The position numbers were made by a program, and so were the translations under genes. Below, piece by piece: positions 1 through 11,430 of a DNA stretch of 64,000 nt (positions within the stretch are counted from its first letter, which is position 1; each line of letters starts with the position of its first letter). The DNA lies in the NCBI GenBank assembly GCA_963675245.1, contig OY775910.1, positions 160,001 through 224,000 of the forward strand. The letters are read 5' to 3'. The notes under the pieces were generated by a model, which saw only the letters and a program-made list of their open reading frames with translations, did not search any database and was not told the DNA's origin. Source of the stretch: Acholeplasmataceae bacterium (GTDB taxonomy: Bacteria > Bacillota_I > Bacilli_A > Acholeplasmatales > Acholeplasmataceae).

Positions 1-80
1 GGATCTGGTTCGTTCCTATCACAAGCGACTAAACTTATTGAAGTAAATGCCAGTATACATAGTAAAATAAATTTCTTCAT
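1..80 (-). CDS. 5' fragment of a lipoprotein (MKKFILLCILAFTSISLVAC-DRNEPD...), running off the window
   Basis: ATG at 80 preceded by AGGAG; frame open to the window edge; signal peptide with lipobox LVAC; absent from the ORF track because it is truncated. Confidence 0.8.
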   Translation of the reverse strand, partial: MKKFILLCILAFTSISLVACDRNEPD

Positions 81-93
81 AAATTCTCCTTTA

Positions 94-1026
94 TTATTCG
101 CCTGTAATACCACTTCTATCAATACTTTCAACAAAGTAGCGTTGAGCGATAAAATATAATATCAATAGCGGTAATATCGTAACCATACTACCTGCTAATC
201 TAATAGCTTCGTTCAATTCATTACCAGGACTATCTGGTGGGAATAACGTATTATAACTATTTTGGAACGCAATGAGTTTCGTTGGCAATGTCACGTTACC
301 ACCTGCATATAGAGGTGTAATATACGTTTCATTCCAGTACCATACAAAACTGAATAAAAAGACGATTAAGAATGCTGGTAATACTAGCGGAATCGCGATT
401 CTAAAAAATACGCGTAATGGTCCTGCACCATCTACTTCAGCAGACTCAAATAATACTTCAGGAATCGTTTTATAAAATGAGTAGAAAATGAGAATATAAA
501 TGGCTGCATTAAGCCCTTGTCCGCTCATTGCAGGAAAGAGTAATGCCCATCTTGTGCTCATAATACCTAAGTTTCTAAAGATTAATACATTGCTGATTAA
601 CGTGACTGCTTGAGGTAATATAAATGTGGCAAGCATTAACCCAAACAAAATCTTCTTTAATGGAAAATCAAATCTTGCAAAACCATAACCAATCAACATT
701 GAAGATAAAGTTACAGCAAGCGAGTTCCATAATATAAATGACGTTGAATCCCAGATTGCTTTTGGAATTTCTAAAACCTCAAATGCTCTACCATAATTGG
801 ACCATTGAAGTGATGTAGGAATCCAGTTGACACCTGGATTAATTAAATCTTCGACAGACATTAAACTATTCATTGTCATGAAAAGGATTGGGTATAAATA
901 AATATAACCAAAACTAATCAATAAAACATAGATGACTAATTTATACAAAAATCCTTCAGTGATATTCATACCAAGTAAGAAACGTTTGGCTTTTGTTCTA
1001 AAGAGTTTCCAATCAAAGTTTTTCAT
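94..1026 (-). CDS. carbohydrate ABC transporter permease (MalG-like)
   Basis: EAA-type loop ESAEVDGA, multiple TM segments, typical C-terminus FVESIDRSGITG. Confidence 0.9.
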   Translation of the reverse strand: MKNFDWKLFRTKAKRFLLGMNITEGFLYKLVIYVLLISFGYIYLYPILFMTMNSLMSVEDLINPGVNWIPTSLQWSNYGRAFEVLEIPKAIWDSTSFILWNSLAVTLSSMLIGYGFARFDFPLKKILFGLMLATFILPQAVTLISNVLIFRNLGIMSTRWALLFPAMSGQGLNAAIYILIFYSFYKTIPEVLFESAEVDGAGPLRVFFRIAIPLVLPAFLIVFLFSFVWYWNETYITPLYAGGNVTLPTKLIAFQNSYNTLFPPDSPGNELNEAIRLAGSMVTILPLLILYFIAQRYFVESIDRSGITGE

Positions 1027-2120
1027 TAGTTCTTCTCCTTTCTTGGTTTCAAGATCAGGATGAAGATACCCATAATGATGACCATGAGGGCAAAGTATAT
1101 CCAGGCGGCTGCAGATGCGAATCCATAACCAAACCAGAAGTTAGATGTCGTATCCCCTAACTGCATATGAAGTTTAATGGTTGATAAGATACCATCTGTG
1201 TCTTCAAACATAGACATGGACACGACGATATAGACAATAACGATCGTGATGAAAGGCCTAATGGAAGGTAATGTAATCTTCCAAAACCGATCCCATGGCG
1301 ATGCTCCATCAATGGATGCTGCTTCATATACCGAAGGATCAATCTTTTGTAACGCAGCAAGGAAAATCAGAATAGGCACACCTGCATACCATAAGATTTG
1401 TAACATACTCATGAGTACTGTTTCTAATGGTCCTGCAAGCCAAGCACCTAGATTTTCTTGTATATAGAATAACACATTTGAGTTTTGCAAACTAGGAAGA
1501 GACGTTGCTTCTTGTTCATTCAAATAATTGATAACAGGTCCACTTGATATAACAACAGGTAAGAAGAAAATCGTACGCCAGAATCCTTTCATTTTAATAG
1601 GATTGTTAATTAATACTGAAATTAAAATAGCGAAAACAATAATGAGTGGCACTGCAAGTACCATCTTACCAACATAATTAATAAAGAGTGGTAATAGTGT
1701 TGAATTTCTTATGACCATAGGATAGTTCTGGAAACCTACCCAAGTGATTCTAATACCTTCAATATTATAATAGGATTCTGTCAAACTTAAATAGAAAGAA
1801 TAAAACATTGGATAAAGTGTAAATATAGCAAAACCTACAATCCATATGGCGATAAAAGAGAATCCATAAATAGCTGCTCTTCTTTTTCTTGTGACTTTAA
1901 TTGTGATGAAACTAAATAACTTAATTTTCAGACCATCTACACGTAAAATCGGATTATGTGTTAATGCATATTTAATTTTATTTGTGACTGGATAAATATG
2001 TCTCCGATTTATTTCATAGATAAAATCACGGCTCTTCGTCAACCCCGTTTTAATCAATTCACTCAATTTTATAAATGGTTTTTTTATCGCTTCCACGATA
2101 TATGCTAGACGTTTTTTCAT
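1026..2120 (-). CDS. carbohydrate ABC transporter permease (MalF-like)
   Basis: YEAASIDGA..FWKITLP motif; hydrophobic segments. Confidence 0.9.
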   Translation of the reverse strand: MKKRLAYIVEAIKKPFIKLSELIKTGLTKSRDFIYEINRRHIYPVTNKIKYALTHNPILRVDGLKIKLFSFITIKVTRKRRAAIYGFSFIAIWIVGFAIFTLYPMFYSFYLSLTESYYNIEGIRITWVGFQNYPMVIRNSTLLPLFINYVGKMVLAVPLIIVFAILISVLINNPIKMKGFWRTIFFLPVVISSGPVINYLNEQEATSLPSLQNSNVLFYIQENLGAWLAGPLETVLMSMLQILWYAGVPILIFLAALQKIDPSVYEAASIDGASPWDRFWKITLPSIRPFITIVIVYIVVSMSMFEDTDGILSTIKLHMQLGDTTSNFWFGYGFASAAAWIYFALMVIIMGIFILILKPRKEKN

Positions 2121-4513
2121 TATACAACAACCTCGTAATTCCTAGGTTGGACGGTGATGTCGCCATCCGTCATTGTACTATATGTGTAGTTCACATAAAT
2201 GATCACATCATTATCGTAAGTCACTTTAACAAACCCAGTTGCTAATACTTCTCTGTCTTCTACTTTAGCATGAACAACTTGATTTAATGCTGCATTGACA
2301 TATTGATAAGAAGACACAATTTCATCTTCATAATTTAAAAGCTGTGTGGTGTAATATAATGCTGCATTGGTATAACGCATTTCATACGTTTCTTTTTCTG
2401 TCAGTACATAACTTGGATTTAAACCAAAGTCAACCATCATCAATAAACGATCTTCTTCTAACGCATTAAAGTTTAAATATGGCGTAAATGCTGATACACT
2501 ACCCTTTAAAACGATTGGTATAAATGGTATTAAATCGGTATAAAAATCATATTGTGTGTTTGTAATTGGCATATCTAAGTATCCGGAAATACTTCCATAA
2601 AAATATTCATTTGGTTGTGATAACACTACTTTGTCATATTGATCTACCAATTGCTTATAATAAGATAGCGATTCATCTCTTTCAAAGTTTTCATCATCAT
2701 AATAACTAAATAATATATTTCCAATCGTATATAGATGCAATCCAGTTACACCAAGATCTTCAAAAAATTGTAGATCATCTTCACTTAACGCTAAACTTTG
2801 CTTAGGATAAAGCATATAGTAATTAGTTATTTGTCCATTCAAATTTCTACTAGAAAAAGCCATTTTTAACTTAGATAAAGTCATAGCGACATCTCTATTA
2901 TAGTTGATTCTTGTTGCGTATTCACTACTATATATATAATCATTGGTTAAATAAACTGTATTGCCATCTTCTGTGATTGTCGTGAAAAGATCTTCATACG
3001 CATTCCTATTTGCAAGTCTTGTTCGATATGGTGCTTGAGATATTAAATCATCTCTTTTACTCCATCCAAGTAACGTCACAAGTTGATTAGATAACCCTTG
3101 ATTTTGAAAATAGTTATAAGCATCTAATGCCTCTTCTGGTGATGTCATTTCAATTCTTGTTGTACCTATAAACGCCTGTTCTTGTGCATTCATAATATAA
3201 CTGAGTTGAATTGGAATTTGGTTATTATTGACTTGTTCTCTTTGCGATAAAATGCCGTCATCTATCAATTGATCACGATAGTCTTTTGCCATACCGACAT
3301 AAGAAGCATCTTCCTCTGATAAGAATGTAAACTCAATATTATAATTGATTTTTGTATGATCTTCACTAACCGCGTCATTACCTTCTCCAGCCCGGTTAAT
3401 AATATATCTAAATATTTGTCTAATATTGTATTTCGCATTCACTCTTTGGTACCTTGTGGAATCTCCCCACAAGTTTAATATAAGTGATGCCGTTTCTGCA
3501 CCTTCTGTAATATGTGCATAAAAACCATTTTGATTCACTTCATGAATCATCCCATAAACAGGTAATGTTAGATTTGATGTTGTTGCTGATTGATACCCAA
3601 AATCTGTCCCATAAAATCTCGCTTGTAATCTTGTATTATAACGTTGATTCATTCTAATCATCGCACCAACACCATCAGGTATCACAATATAACCAGGAAT
3701 TTTGTCTTCACGTGCAGCCCCTAAATAAGGGAATACTTGAATAGACATTAATCTAAATTTTTCACCCGTTTCATTAATGGATGTCGGATCGATATGAGCA
3801 TTCACACGTTCACCATCAATAGACATACTGACGTCAAAACTAATATCTAAGACATATAACTCGATATGAACATTAAATGTATCACTTGAATGATTAGTAA
3901 TCGTTGTTTCTACTGCTTCATAGTCATAACTATCTTCAACGATATAGAACGGTCTTAATAGATCGTTATTTTCTTCAGTGATTGAGCCATTGTTTTGATA
4001 TTCAACATCTGCTAGTGAATAAAGAGATTCTAACTTGATTTGTGATGATGCTACCGCATTTGTAATATTAATATATTCAACAATCAATCCAGAATTCATT
4101 AAGTTTCTAGTAGCCGTGTTGTCTTCTCTTTGTTCAGAAATGCCTTGTAGTTCAGGTCTTGAACTCCAATAATATCCTGTAATTTTGTTATAGACAACCA
4201 TACTAAATGAATCTTTTTCAAAGTAAACACGTATATCAGAAGATTCTAACATGAGTTCGTATCCTAGTGTATCTAACTTTTCAGTCGGATACGTCACTTG
4301 ATATTCATTGTGATAAGCATCCAATACATCTTGGTCTACAAGATCAGTTTGTGTGTATCTTGAACTTTCAAATAAGAGTTGATTAATGTATGAATAATTT
4401 TCAATGGTACCGTCACTTGTCACCATATAACGTGGTTTAGCTGCATAAACAAATCCTACTGTTAAAACCGTTATGAGTGCAAGTATTGTGACAATTTTAA
4501 ATGTTTTAACCAC
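2120..4513 (-). CDS. DUF5696-like exported protein of glycan ABC loci
   Basis: N-terminal anchor; GYIVIPDGVGA, SYVGMAKDYR and terminal IYVNY motifs resemble DUF5696; context next to NHL/YIP1 gene. Confidence 0.7.
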   Translation of the reverse strand: MVKTFKIVTILALITVLTVGFVYAAKPRYMVTSDGTIENYSYINQLLFESSRYTQTDLVDQDVLDAYHNEYQVTYPTEKLDTLGYELMLESSDIRVYFEKDSFSMVVYNKITGYYWSSRPELQGISEQREDNTATRNLMNSGLIVEYINITNAVASSQIKLESLYSLADVEYQNNGSITEENNDLLRPFYIVEDSYDYEAVETTITNHSSDTFNVHIELYVLDISFDVSMSIDGERVNAHIDPTSINETGEKFRLMSIQVFPYLGAAREDKIPGYIVIPDGVGAMIRMNQRYNTRLQARFYGTDFGYQSATTSNLTLPVYGMIHEVNQNGFYAHITEGAETASLILNLWGDSTRYQRVNAKYNIRQIFRYIINRAGEGNDAVSEDHTKINYNIEFTFLSEEDASYVGMAKDYRDQLIDDGILSQREQVNNNQIPIQLSYIMNAQEQAFIGTTRIEMTSPEEALDAYNYFQNQGLSNQLVTLLGWSKRDDLISQAPYRTRLANRNAYEDLFTTITEDGNTVYLTNDYIYSSEYATRINYNRDVAMTLSKLKMAFSSRNLNGQITNYYMLYPKQSLALSEDDLQFFEDLGVTGLHLYTIGNILFSYYDDENFERDESLSYYKQLVDQYDKVVLSQPNEYFYGSISGYLDMPITNTQYDFYTDLIPFIPIVLKGSVSAFTPYLNFNALEEDRLLMMVDFGLNPSYVLTEKETYEMRYTNAALYYTTQLLNYEDEIVSSYQYVNAALNQVVHAKVEDREVLATGFVKVTYDNDVIIYVNYTYSTMTDGDITVQPRNYEVVV

Positions 4514-6539
4514 GATTCATCAACTCCCTTACAATATCATAGAATAGACCATATACCTCAGTTAATAACAAATAGACAATCGCTGAAATAGCGACGATCA
4601 TAATCGCAGTAAATATTGTGATAAGTATATTAGCAATCGTTGGACGCATGTCATAGAAATGAATTTCTTTGATCATGATGATGAAGTAAATCACTGTAAT
4701 CGCTATACCAAGATATAAAATCGTATTATAAATAAATGTTTCATTATACGTTAAACCATTAGAAACAAGTGTTAATATCGGTAACGTAATGATCATTGGT
4801 AGTAACGTATAAGCTGATGCTTGGAAAACATCAGAAAGTTTACCTTCGCCATCTCTAATCGTACTGACAAGATAATTTGCACCAACCCATAAGAAGAAAG
4901 GTCCAAATATCGTAACGACTTGTTGGAATAAATTAATTTCTGATGGCACTGTATTATTAAATAAGAAACTCGTTCTATAAATCCATAAAATATAAGCTAA
5001 GAAGAACAGTATCACATAGATTAAAGCTGTTAAATTTGATCCTTGACCTTCTCTTTTAATGCCATAATAGCCATCACTCGGATGTTTAATTAGTGTAAAT
5101 GAATACACCATATCGCGATAAAATTTATATTCTCTTAACTTCTTTTTAGTTGCTTGTACAGGTATTGCCACATAATCCATGAAATGAACAAATTGATTAA
5201 TCGCGTACAAAACAACAAGTGCAATTAATATGATAATAATAAACTCACCACTACCTAATAAGAATTCATTTCTTACTTCCCAAAACGCATTTGAATAGCC
5301 ATCTTGATCCCTTGCTACCGCGTAATAGGTCATGGCTTGTTCATAATCCATTTGTGCAAAATATGCATCACCAATACCTTTATTAGCTAAATCAAATAAG
5401 GCATTCATTTTTAAGACTTCTTGCCATGGACCTAATGATTCGCTATATTGTCCATCTTGATATAACGATATTGCATGATGAACAAGATTTGAAAATTCAG
5501 TTGGAATGAATACTTGTAAGGATGATGTTGTTTTATCAATTGCGAATATATTCGACTTCGAATCAACAGCAATACCAGTTGGTGCTTGGAATAAACCTTT
5601 TTGACCATAAAGATCAGTACCACCAAAGACAAATAAAACCTGCCCGTCTGGTGAATATTCTAAAATGTAACCGTCAGAAGTAATGGTATAAATCGTTTCA
5701 TATGGTCCAACAAATAAGTCTTCATTTGTATCCAAACCCCAAACAGATGCATTATAGACAAAGTTAGCAATGTTTAATTTGAGGTAGCCATCAACACCTT
5801 TGGTTGTTGTTAAAATTAAGCCATCATGGTCAACAGCAATATTATAAACAGGATCAGGAATGATTTGGAACCAATCACGTCTTTGTTGCTCATCAAATAA
5901 CATATATCGAATGACATTATCAAATGTTGCAGGAATCGTATTACCACCAAAATAACCAAAGAATTCCCCAGTGTTTTCATATTCTGCTAAACCATTAATA
6001 TTTCCACTTAATTGGAGATAAACATTCCCACCTCGATCGGTGACAATCTTTGTAGGATCAAACGCATCTTCATCCGTGAAATACGGTGTATTAACTGGTT
6101 TTTCATAAACAACTTCAACGTCATATGTACCAAGATCATCACTAAATTTGAATGCTTGTTTTAAACCAAAATCTGCGACATATAAATGACCATCAATACC
6201 GACATGAACACCGGTTGGTTCTTGCAAAATCGTATCACCTATAATGGTAACCTCATCAGATTGTAAACTATATTTAATCACTCTACCATTGCCTGTATCA
6301 GCAATATAAACATTATCATTTTCATCAATGGTAATGTCAGATGGTTCAGATAACTCAACACCACCAAGATTATAACTAATTGATAAAGGTAGGTAAGCAT
6401 CTTGTGTCCAGACCATACGATGTGTGGCACTGGAATATGTATAGGTGTTGTAAGGTACGCCATTTGCTTGTGTATCAACCGCTGGGATTATAAGGATGAT
6501 GGCTAAGACAAGCAAGAAAGCTACAATTTTCTTAATCAT
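4506..6539 (-). CDS. NHL-repeat beta-propeller / TPR / YIP1-like membrane protein
   Basis: NHL repeats (PSDITID..VYIADTGNGRV, PTGIAVD), helical TPR-like segment, C-terminal multi-TM YIP1-like region. Confidence 0.8.
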   Translation of the reverse strand: MIKKIVAFLLVLAIILIIPAVDTQANGVPYNTYTYSSATHRMVWTQDAYLPLSISYNLGGVELSEPSDITIDENDNVYIADTGNGRVIKYSLQSDEVTIIGDTILQEPTGVHVGIDGHLYVADFGLKQAFKFSDDLGTYDVEVVYEKPVNTPYFTDEDAFDPTKIVTDRGGNVYLQLSGNINGLAEYENTGEFFGYFGGNTIPATFDNVIRYMLFDEQQRRDWFQIIPDPVYNIAVDHDGLILTTTKGVDGYLKLNIANFVYNASVWGLDTNEDLFVGPYETIYTITSDGYILEYSPDGQVLFVFGGTDLYGQKGLFQAPTGIAVDSKSNIFAIDKTTSSLQVFIPTEFSNLVHHAISLYQDGQYSESLGPWQEVLKMNALFDLANKGIGDAYFAQMDYEQAMTYYAVARDQDGYSNAFWEVRNEFLLGSGEFIIIILIALVVLYAINQFVHFMDYVAIPVQATKKKLREYKFYRDMVYSFTLIKHPSDGYYGIKREGQGSNLTALIYVILFFLAYILWIYRTSFLFNNTVPSEINLFQQVVTIFGPFFLWVGANYLVSTIRDGEGKLSDVFQASAYTLLPMIITLPILTLVSNGLTYNETFIYNTILYLGIAITVIYFIIMIKEIHFYDMRPTIANILITIFTAIMIVAISAIVYLLLTEVYGLFYDIVRELMNRG

Positions 6540-7417
6540 TATTTAATCCCCGAATGTGCCATCGTATTCATCACTTTACTCTGTAAAATGATAAATAGGA
6601 GGAAGTTTGGTGCGAACATGATGAGTGAAGCTGCTGCGGCTAATCCCTGCCCAGCAACGATATTACCTCTTGTCGAAACAAGGGTTTGCATGTAGAACGC
6701 TAATGTTCGCTTACTCTCTGAATCAATATATAAAACCGACGTCGTCGCATCATTCCAAATCGCTTGAAATGCAAGAATACCTACTGTGGCGATTGCTGGT
6801 GTGATAATAGGCAAGATAATGTGTAGGAAAATCTGCATTTCAGATGCACCATCAATCTTCGCTGATTCAATTAACTCATTTGGTGTTTGATCAATAAACT
6901 GCTTAATCAAAAACATTGCCACCGGCATAATGATTACAGGCAATATATGTGCCCAATACGTATCTAAAAGACCAAGTCTTGCAATCACTAAGAATCGTGG
7001 TATTTGGACAGCAATTGGTACGAACATCAATGCGAGTGTATTTAATTCAAATAAGAATTTTTTACCTTTGAATTTTAATTTAGAAAGACCATAAGCAGAT
7101 AATGCTGTAAACAATATCGCTAAAAATACACCTATAATAGTTACGAGTAAACTGTTAACTAGATATCTTGATACCGGTATACCTGAATTACCAGCCACCG
7201 TAAATAACTCTGAGAAATTATCCAAGGTCGGTTGTCTTACAAAAAACCGTGGTGGATACGCGAAGAGTTCACTTCTTGGTTTAAACGCATGGTTAATAAT
7301 AAACATGATTGGTAATAACATCAGCATCGAAAAGGGGATAAGTACCGCGAAGAAAGGTAGCTGACTTGGATGGAAGTTTCTTGGGTTTATCTTCGTACCC
7401 TGAAATTTAGAGGCCAC
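6539..7417 (-). CDS. carbohydrate ABC transporter permease (MalG-like)
   Basis: ESAKIDGA loop; GTG start. Confidence 0.9.
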   Translation of the reverse strand: MASKFQGTKINPRNFHPSQLPFFAVLIPFSMLMLLPIMFIINHAFKPRSELFAYPPRFFVRQPTLDNFSELFTVAGNSGIPVSRYLVNSLLVTIIGVFLAILFTALSAYGLSKLKFKGKKFLFELNTLALMFVPIAVQIPRFLVIARLGLLDTYWAHILPVIIMPVAMFLIKQFIDQTPNELIESAKIDGASEMQIFLHIILPIITPAIATVGILAFQAIWNDATTSVLYIDSESKRTLAFYMQTLVSTRGNIVAGQGLAAAASLIMFAPNFLLFIILQSKVMNTMAHSGIK

Positions 7418-7423
7418 TTTTCA

Positions 7424-8308
7424 TCACTCCTTTTCTCCAAGGATTTTCCATGTTATTTTAGAAATGAAGTAAACCATCAGTAATAATATCACACTAATGG
7501 TTGCTGCATAACCCATAAGATAACGGATAAATCCAAAGTCTTCAATGTGGTTTACGATCAACTGCCCTGCATATTGCGGTGTTGGGTTAGAACCTGATAA
7601 AGAGACACCAATTGCGCCTGCCTGAAACGTGCCAACAACAGCCATAACAGCACCAAAGAGCATCTGTGGTTTCATAGAAGGAATCGTAATATAAAAGATT
7701 TCTTGTGTACGATTTCTAATTCCATCCACATATGCTGCTTCATATAAGGTTTGATCGATATTTAACACACCTGCTAACATCGCTAAAAAGCCTACACCCA
7801 TACTGCTCCATAAGCTAACAATAATCATAATTGTCATTAAGTAGTCAGGTGATTGTAAGTATTGAATGGGTTCTAATATGACACCCCAATTCATTAATAA
7901 ACTATTTAAATAACCTTGGGCATCACCAGAAAAGATGATACGCCACATAGATGCCATCGCTACCCCCATCGTTAGCGATGGTGAATATAAAATGATAGCG
8001 AGTATGGTTCTAGGTACCTTTGTTATTTGAGCTAGCATCCATGCTAATATAAATGATAAGAAATAGCCAATTGGACCAACGATCAATGCAAACTTAATCG
8101 TATTCGATAAAACGTATTGCATGAATACTGTATCCATAGTAATGAGTTCAATATAATTTGTAATCCCAATGAATGTTGGTGCTTGAATGGCATTAAAATA
8201 AGTGAATGATAAGGCGATTGCTGCTAAAACAGGAATCACAACGAATACGGCAAATAATGTCCAGTAAGGCACGATAAACCAAGCGGGATGGTTCATTTTT
8301 TTAATCAT
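7424..8308 (-). CDS. carbohydrate ABC transporter permease (MalF-like)
   Basis: YEAAYVDG motif; start moved to ATG 8308 (GGAGG RBS, ATGA overlap with upstream stop). Confidence 0.9.
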   Translation of the reverse strand: MIKKMNHPAWFIVPYWTLFAVFVVIPVLAAIALSFTYFNAIQAPTFIGITNYIELITMDTVFMQYVLSNTIKFALIVGPIGYFLSFILAWMLAQITKVPRTILAIILYSPSLTMGVAMASMWRIIFSGDAQGYLNSLLMNWGVILEPIQYLQSPDYLMTIMIIVSLWSSMGVGFLAMLAGVLNIDQTLYEAAYVDGIRNRTQEIFYITIPSMKPQMLFGAVMAVVGTFQAGAIGVSLSGSNPTPQYAGQLIVNHIEDFGFIRYLMGYAATISVILLLMVYFISKITWKILGEKE

Positions 8309-11300
8309 GAATCCACCTCCGTTAGCCATTCATCAATCGTATATATCGTCGGTACACGATATGGTTTGATAATCTCACCATTTTCAGTGTAACCAAATTC
8401 AGCCATTTTATATAGTATTTCTCTGTTTGCAATACGAACGGCTTCATCAAGCGCTTGTCTCGCATTAGTACCATCAAATACGATTGTTGTCCATGCATTT
8501 GAAATTTCACGTTCAACCATATATGATCCTGGAATTCGAGATGCTTCTATCGCATAATCCCATTGATTTAAAATAATGTTCTTATATTCATCTGCCATAG
8601 ATAATTGAGCAAATGCATCCACGTTTGCACTATTCCAAAAATATGCATTACCATAGGTTGATTGAAGTAAGAAGGCAAATTCTGCTTGAACGGCTGTCGA
8701 CATCCACCAAGATAAGAAATCCCATGATTCTTCAGGATAGTTAGTAGCACTCATAATCATCGATGATTGAGAACCAACTGCAGAATAACGAATGATTTCA
8801 TCTGATGCTTCATCATAGACACCAGGGTGTAAGTCCATCCCCCATAAACCATCTAATTCAACAGCTGCTGTTTCTAATAAAATATATGTTGATAAATCAG
8901 ATATGCCAATAGGAAGTAATCCATATCTAAAATGATTATAGAAACTACCAACATATTCAGGTAAGTTATAAAGTGTGTACAAATCCGACATGAGTTTAAT
9001 ACCTTCTAAAGTCGCTTCATTATTAATGGTTGTTGACATACCATTTTCAGTATATAAATCACCACCAAATTGATAAATGAATGGTAGTGTCGCAACAAAC
9101 GGTTTTAACCCTGTATATTGTGCTAGTGGAACGAAATAATTCATACCATAACTTTGCAAGAGTGGTAATATTTCAATGATTTCATCCCATGTTTGAGGAA
9201 TATGATCAACACCGATAGATGCTAAAATATCTTTTCTATAATAAGTTACCCAGAAGTTTTGTGTTTCCGGAATACCAAAAACACCATCTTCAAACACATA
9301 TGGTATCATCGCACCTTTTGAAAAATGACCGACGAGTTCTTCATAACCATCAAATTGTCTTAAATCTAGCGATGCAGAACGGACAGCGAAATCATAAGGT
9401 ATCCAGTGGTCTACACCAATCGCGATATCAGGTGATCTACCACTCGCATTCGCTAAAATAAGTTTATTTTGATCAGGCATTTGAGAAAGGGTTATTTTCT
9501 TATTACCTGTATAATTCTGATCGATAAGTTGTTGCATAATTTCAATGAACTGTCTTGGATGGTTAACCCAAACAACAAGCTCATCTTCTTCTCTTGCACT
9601 GACTTCATATGGGTTATTCACAAATGATAAAACAAGTCGCTTTACCCCTTCCCACATACGCACAAATATATTCGCATAGGGTTTAGTAAGTGCTTCATCA
9701 CCATGTAAAACCATACGTTCAAATTCCATATTAGATAACATTAAGTTTTGCATCAATTGTCCAAGTACTTGCGCCACCGATGAATCACCATCAGAAAATT
9801 GTACCATATTAGAAGGTAATTCATTGATGTTATTTGCGATTCGATTTAACCTGCTAGATGCGACACGTAAATTAGCAATTTCAGATGGTTCTTCACTATT
9901 TGTTAAACTTAAAAGTTTATCATGTGTTTCATCTAATAAAGCAGCCCAACTTAAAATATCTTCTTTAGCGTTTGGAAAATACGCTTCAATATCCCAATCT
10001 CTATAACGATCTGATCCACCGCTCGTATATCTTTTAACAGATAATGCGAGTGATTGAATTTCATTCATTACATATTGAATGCGTTCAATCGTTTCACGAT
10101 ATGCATAACTAACTGCTTCTAATGTGATGGTATGTGTTCCTTCACTTAAATATATTTTAAGGTTATTGCCATCTTCATCTGTTAATGTACGATTTAAAAA
10201 GTTATTTGTATATGGAAAAGCATACGCTTCTAAGTAATCAAAAGGTACACTACCATCAATCTCAATTTTTCTAAATACCGGCATATCTTTAATCATATAT
10301 TCACGATATTTAAAAGATAAATAATAAAAACCACTAGTTGGAACGTCGATAGTATAATCAATCGTTTGCCCAGCATTTTGCCATGAATCACCATAAATGA
10401 CATTAAGAACTAAGTGTTGTGTATCATAATATAGATTTGAGGGATCTTGTTCTGAACGTAGTCTTACAGAAGGGTCACTTCTCTTATCCATATCTCTTGC
10501 GGCAATCATGATTTCATCATTAACCACTGATCCACTGTGTGTATTTAAATATTCTTCATATGTCGGTATGTCATCTTCTAACACATAATACATTTGTCCA
10601 ATTAACAAATCTTGATTGACAAATGAAATATCAACAACATCTCCATTACTTAAATGGAACGTATAAAGACCTGTATGCATCCCACGATTATCATTAATAT
10701 CGTGTGTACGCCAATCAAACAATTTTTTTGATGTGGGTTGTATTTCATTTAGATATCTGTCCACCGTAAATTCATTTGTTTCAAAAGCCCATGATGATGG
10801 TAAAACTAATGTTTGACTTTCATAAAATGGGATTTCTCCATTAATACGAATACTAATTTGGGCAGGACTAATATTGTCTGATAATTCATAATAATCTATA
10901 GCAAATTGATATAATGCATTTGCCCCATCATGTGTAAAGCTTATGTGATGTGTGTCATCAAGTAACATCGCATTTGATGAATGACCTAAATATTCCTCAT
11001 ATGAATCGATATAAGGACCATATAAAGGATCATCACGATCAACGCTTTGACCCGTCATATCTTCGACACTAATCACTTTTTCAGCACTGTTTTTAATTAA
11101 CCCCATATCTTCATAAGATTGTAGAGCTGCTGTATATAGTGAAGATCCAAATGTATTTGTTAAATAAGTATTGGAGACATCACTCGCAAGTTCTTGTGCA
11201 TTAAAGAAATCATTTAACGTTGATTTCTTAAAAAAAGAAAGCCCGATTACTAGCACAAATAAAAGAATAAAAAACGCTAATAAATATTTCTTAACGCTAA

Positions 11301-11364
11301 TCATTTTTAAGATGCTAAATAAATTTGACATCGCTTTTTTTATATCACGAAATACTTTTTTCAT
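8305..11364 (-). CDS. large extracellular solute-binding protein with N-terminal CBM-like domains
   Basis: N-terminal TM anchor; C-terminal SBP_bac_1-like region ([25 protein letters not shown]); start ATG 11364 after GGAGG. Confidence 0.85.
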   Translation of the reverse strand: MKKVFRDIKKAMSNLFSILKMISVKKYLLAFFILLFVLVIGLSFFKKSTLNDFFNAQELASDVSNTYLTNTFGSSLYTAALQSYEDMGLIKNSAEKVISVEDMTGQSVDRDDPLYGPYIDSYEEYLGHSSNAMLLDDTHHISFTHDGANALYQFAIDYYELSDNISPAQISIRINGEIPFYESQTLVLPSSWAFETNEFTVDRYLNEIQPTSKKLFDWRTHDINDNRGMHTGLYTFHLSNGDVVDISFVNQDLLIGQMYYVLEDDIPTYEEYLNTHSGSVVNDEIMIAARDMDKRSDPSVRLRSEQDPSNLYYDTQHLVLNVIYGDSWQNAGQTIDYTIDVPTSGFYYLSFKYREYMIKDMPVFRKIEIDGSVPFDYLEAYAFPYTNNFLNRTLTDEDGNNLKIYLSEGTHTITLEAVSYAYRETIERIQYVMNEIQSLALSVKRYTSGGSDRYRDWDIEAYFPNAKEDILSWAALLDETHDKLLSLTNSEEPSEIANLRVASSRLNRIANNINELPSNMVQFSDGDSSVAQVLGQLMQNLMLSNMEFERMVLHGDEALTKPYANIFVRMWEGVKRLVLSFVNNPYEVSAREEDELVVWVNHPRQFIEIMQQLIDQNYTGNKKITLSQMPDQNKLILANASGRSPDIAIGVDHWIPYDFAVRSASLDLRQFDGYEELVGHFSKGAMIPYVFEDGVFGIPETQNFWVTYYRKDILASIGVDHIPQTWDEIIEILPLLQSYGMNYFVPLAQYTGLKPFVATLPFIYQFGGDLYTENGMSTTINNEATLEGIKLMSDLYTLYNLPEYVGSFYNHFRYGLLPIGISDLSTYILLETAAVELDGLWGMDLHPGVYDEASDEIIRYSAVGSQSSMIMSATNYPEESWDFLSWWMSTAVQAEFAFLLQSTYGNAYFWNSANVDAFAQLSMADEYKNIILNQWDYAIEASRIPGSYMVEREISNAWTTIVFDGTNARQALDEAVRIANREILYKMAEFGYTENGEIIKPYRVPTIYTIDEWLTEVDS

Positions 11365-11378
11365 AATGCCTCCCAAAT

Positions 11379-11416
11379 GCGGATTGAAGAGGGGAATCTC
11401 TTCCCCTCTTAACCGC
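11379..11416 (-). other. intercistronic RNA hairpin downstream of the binding-protein gene
   Basis: GCGGattgAAGAGGGGAA-tctc-TTCCCCTCTTaaCCGC inverted repeat; no long U tail. Confidence 0.7.
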
Positions 11417-11430
11417 TAAATCATTTAAAG

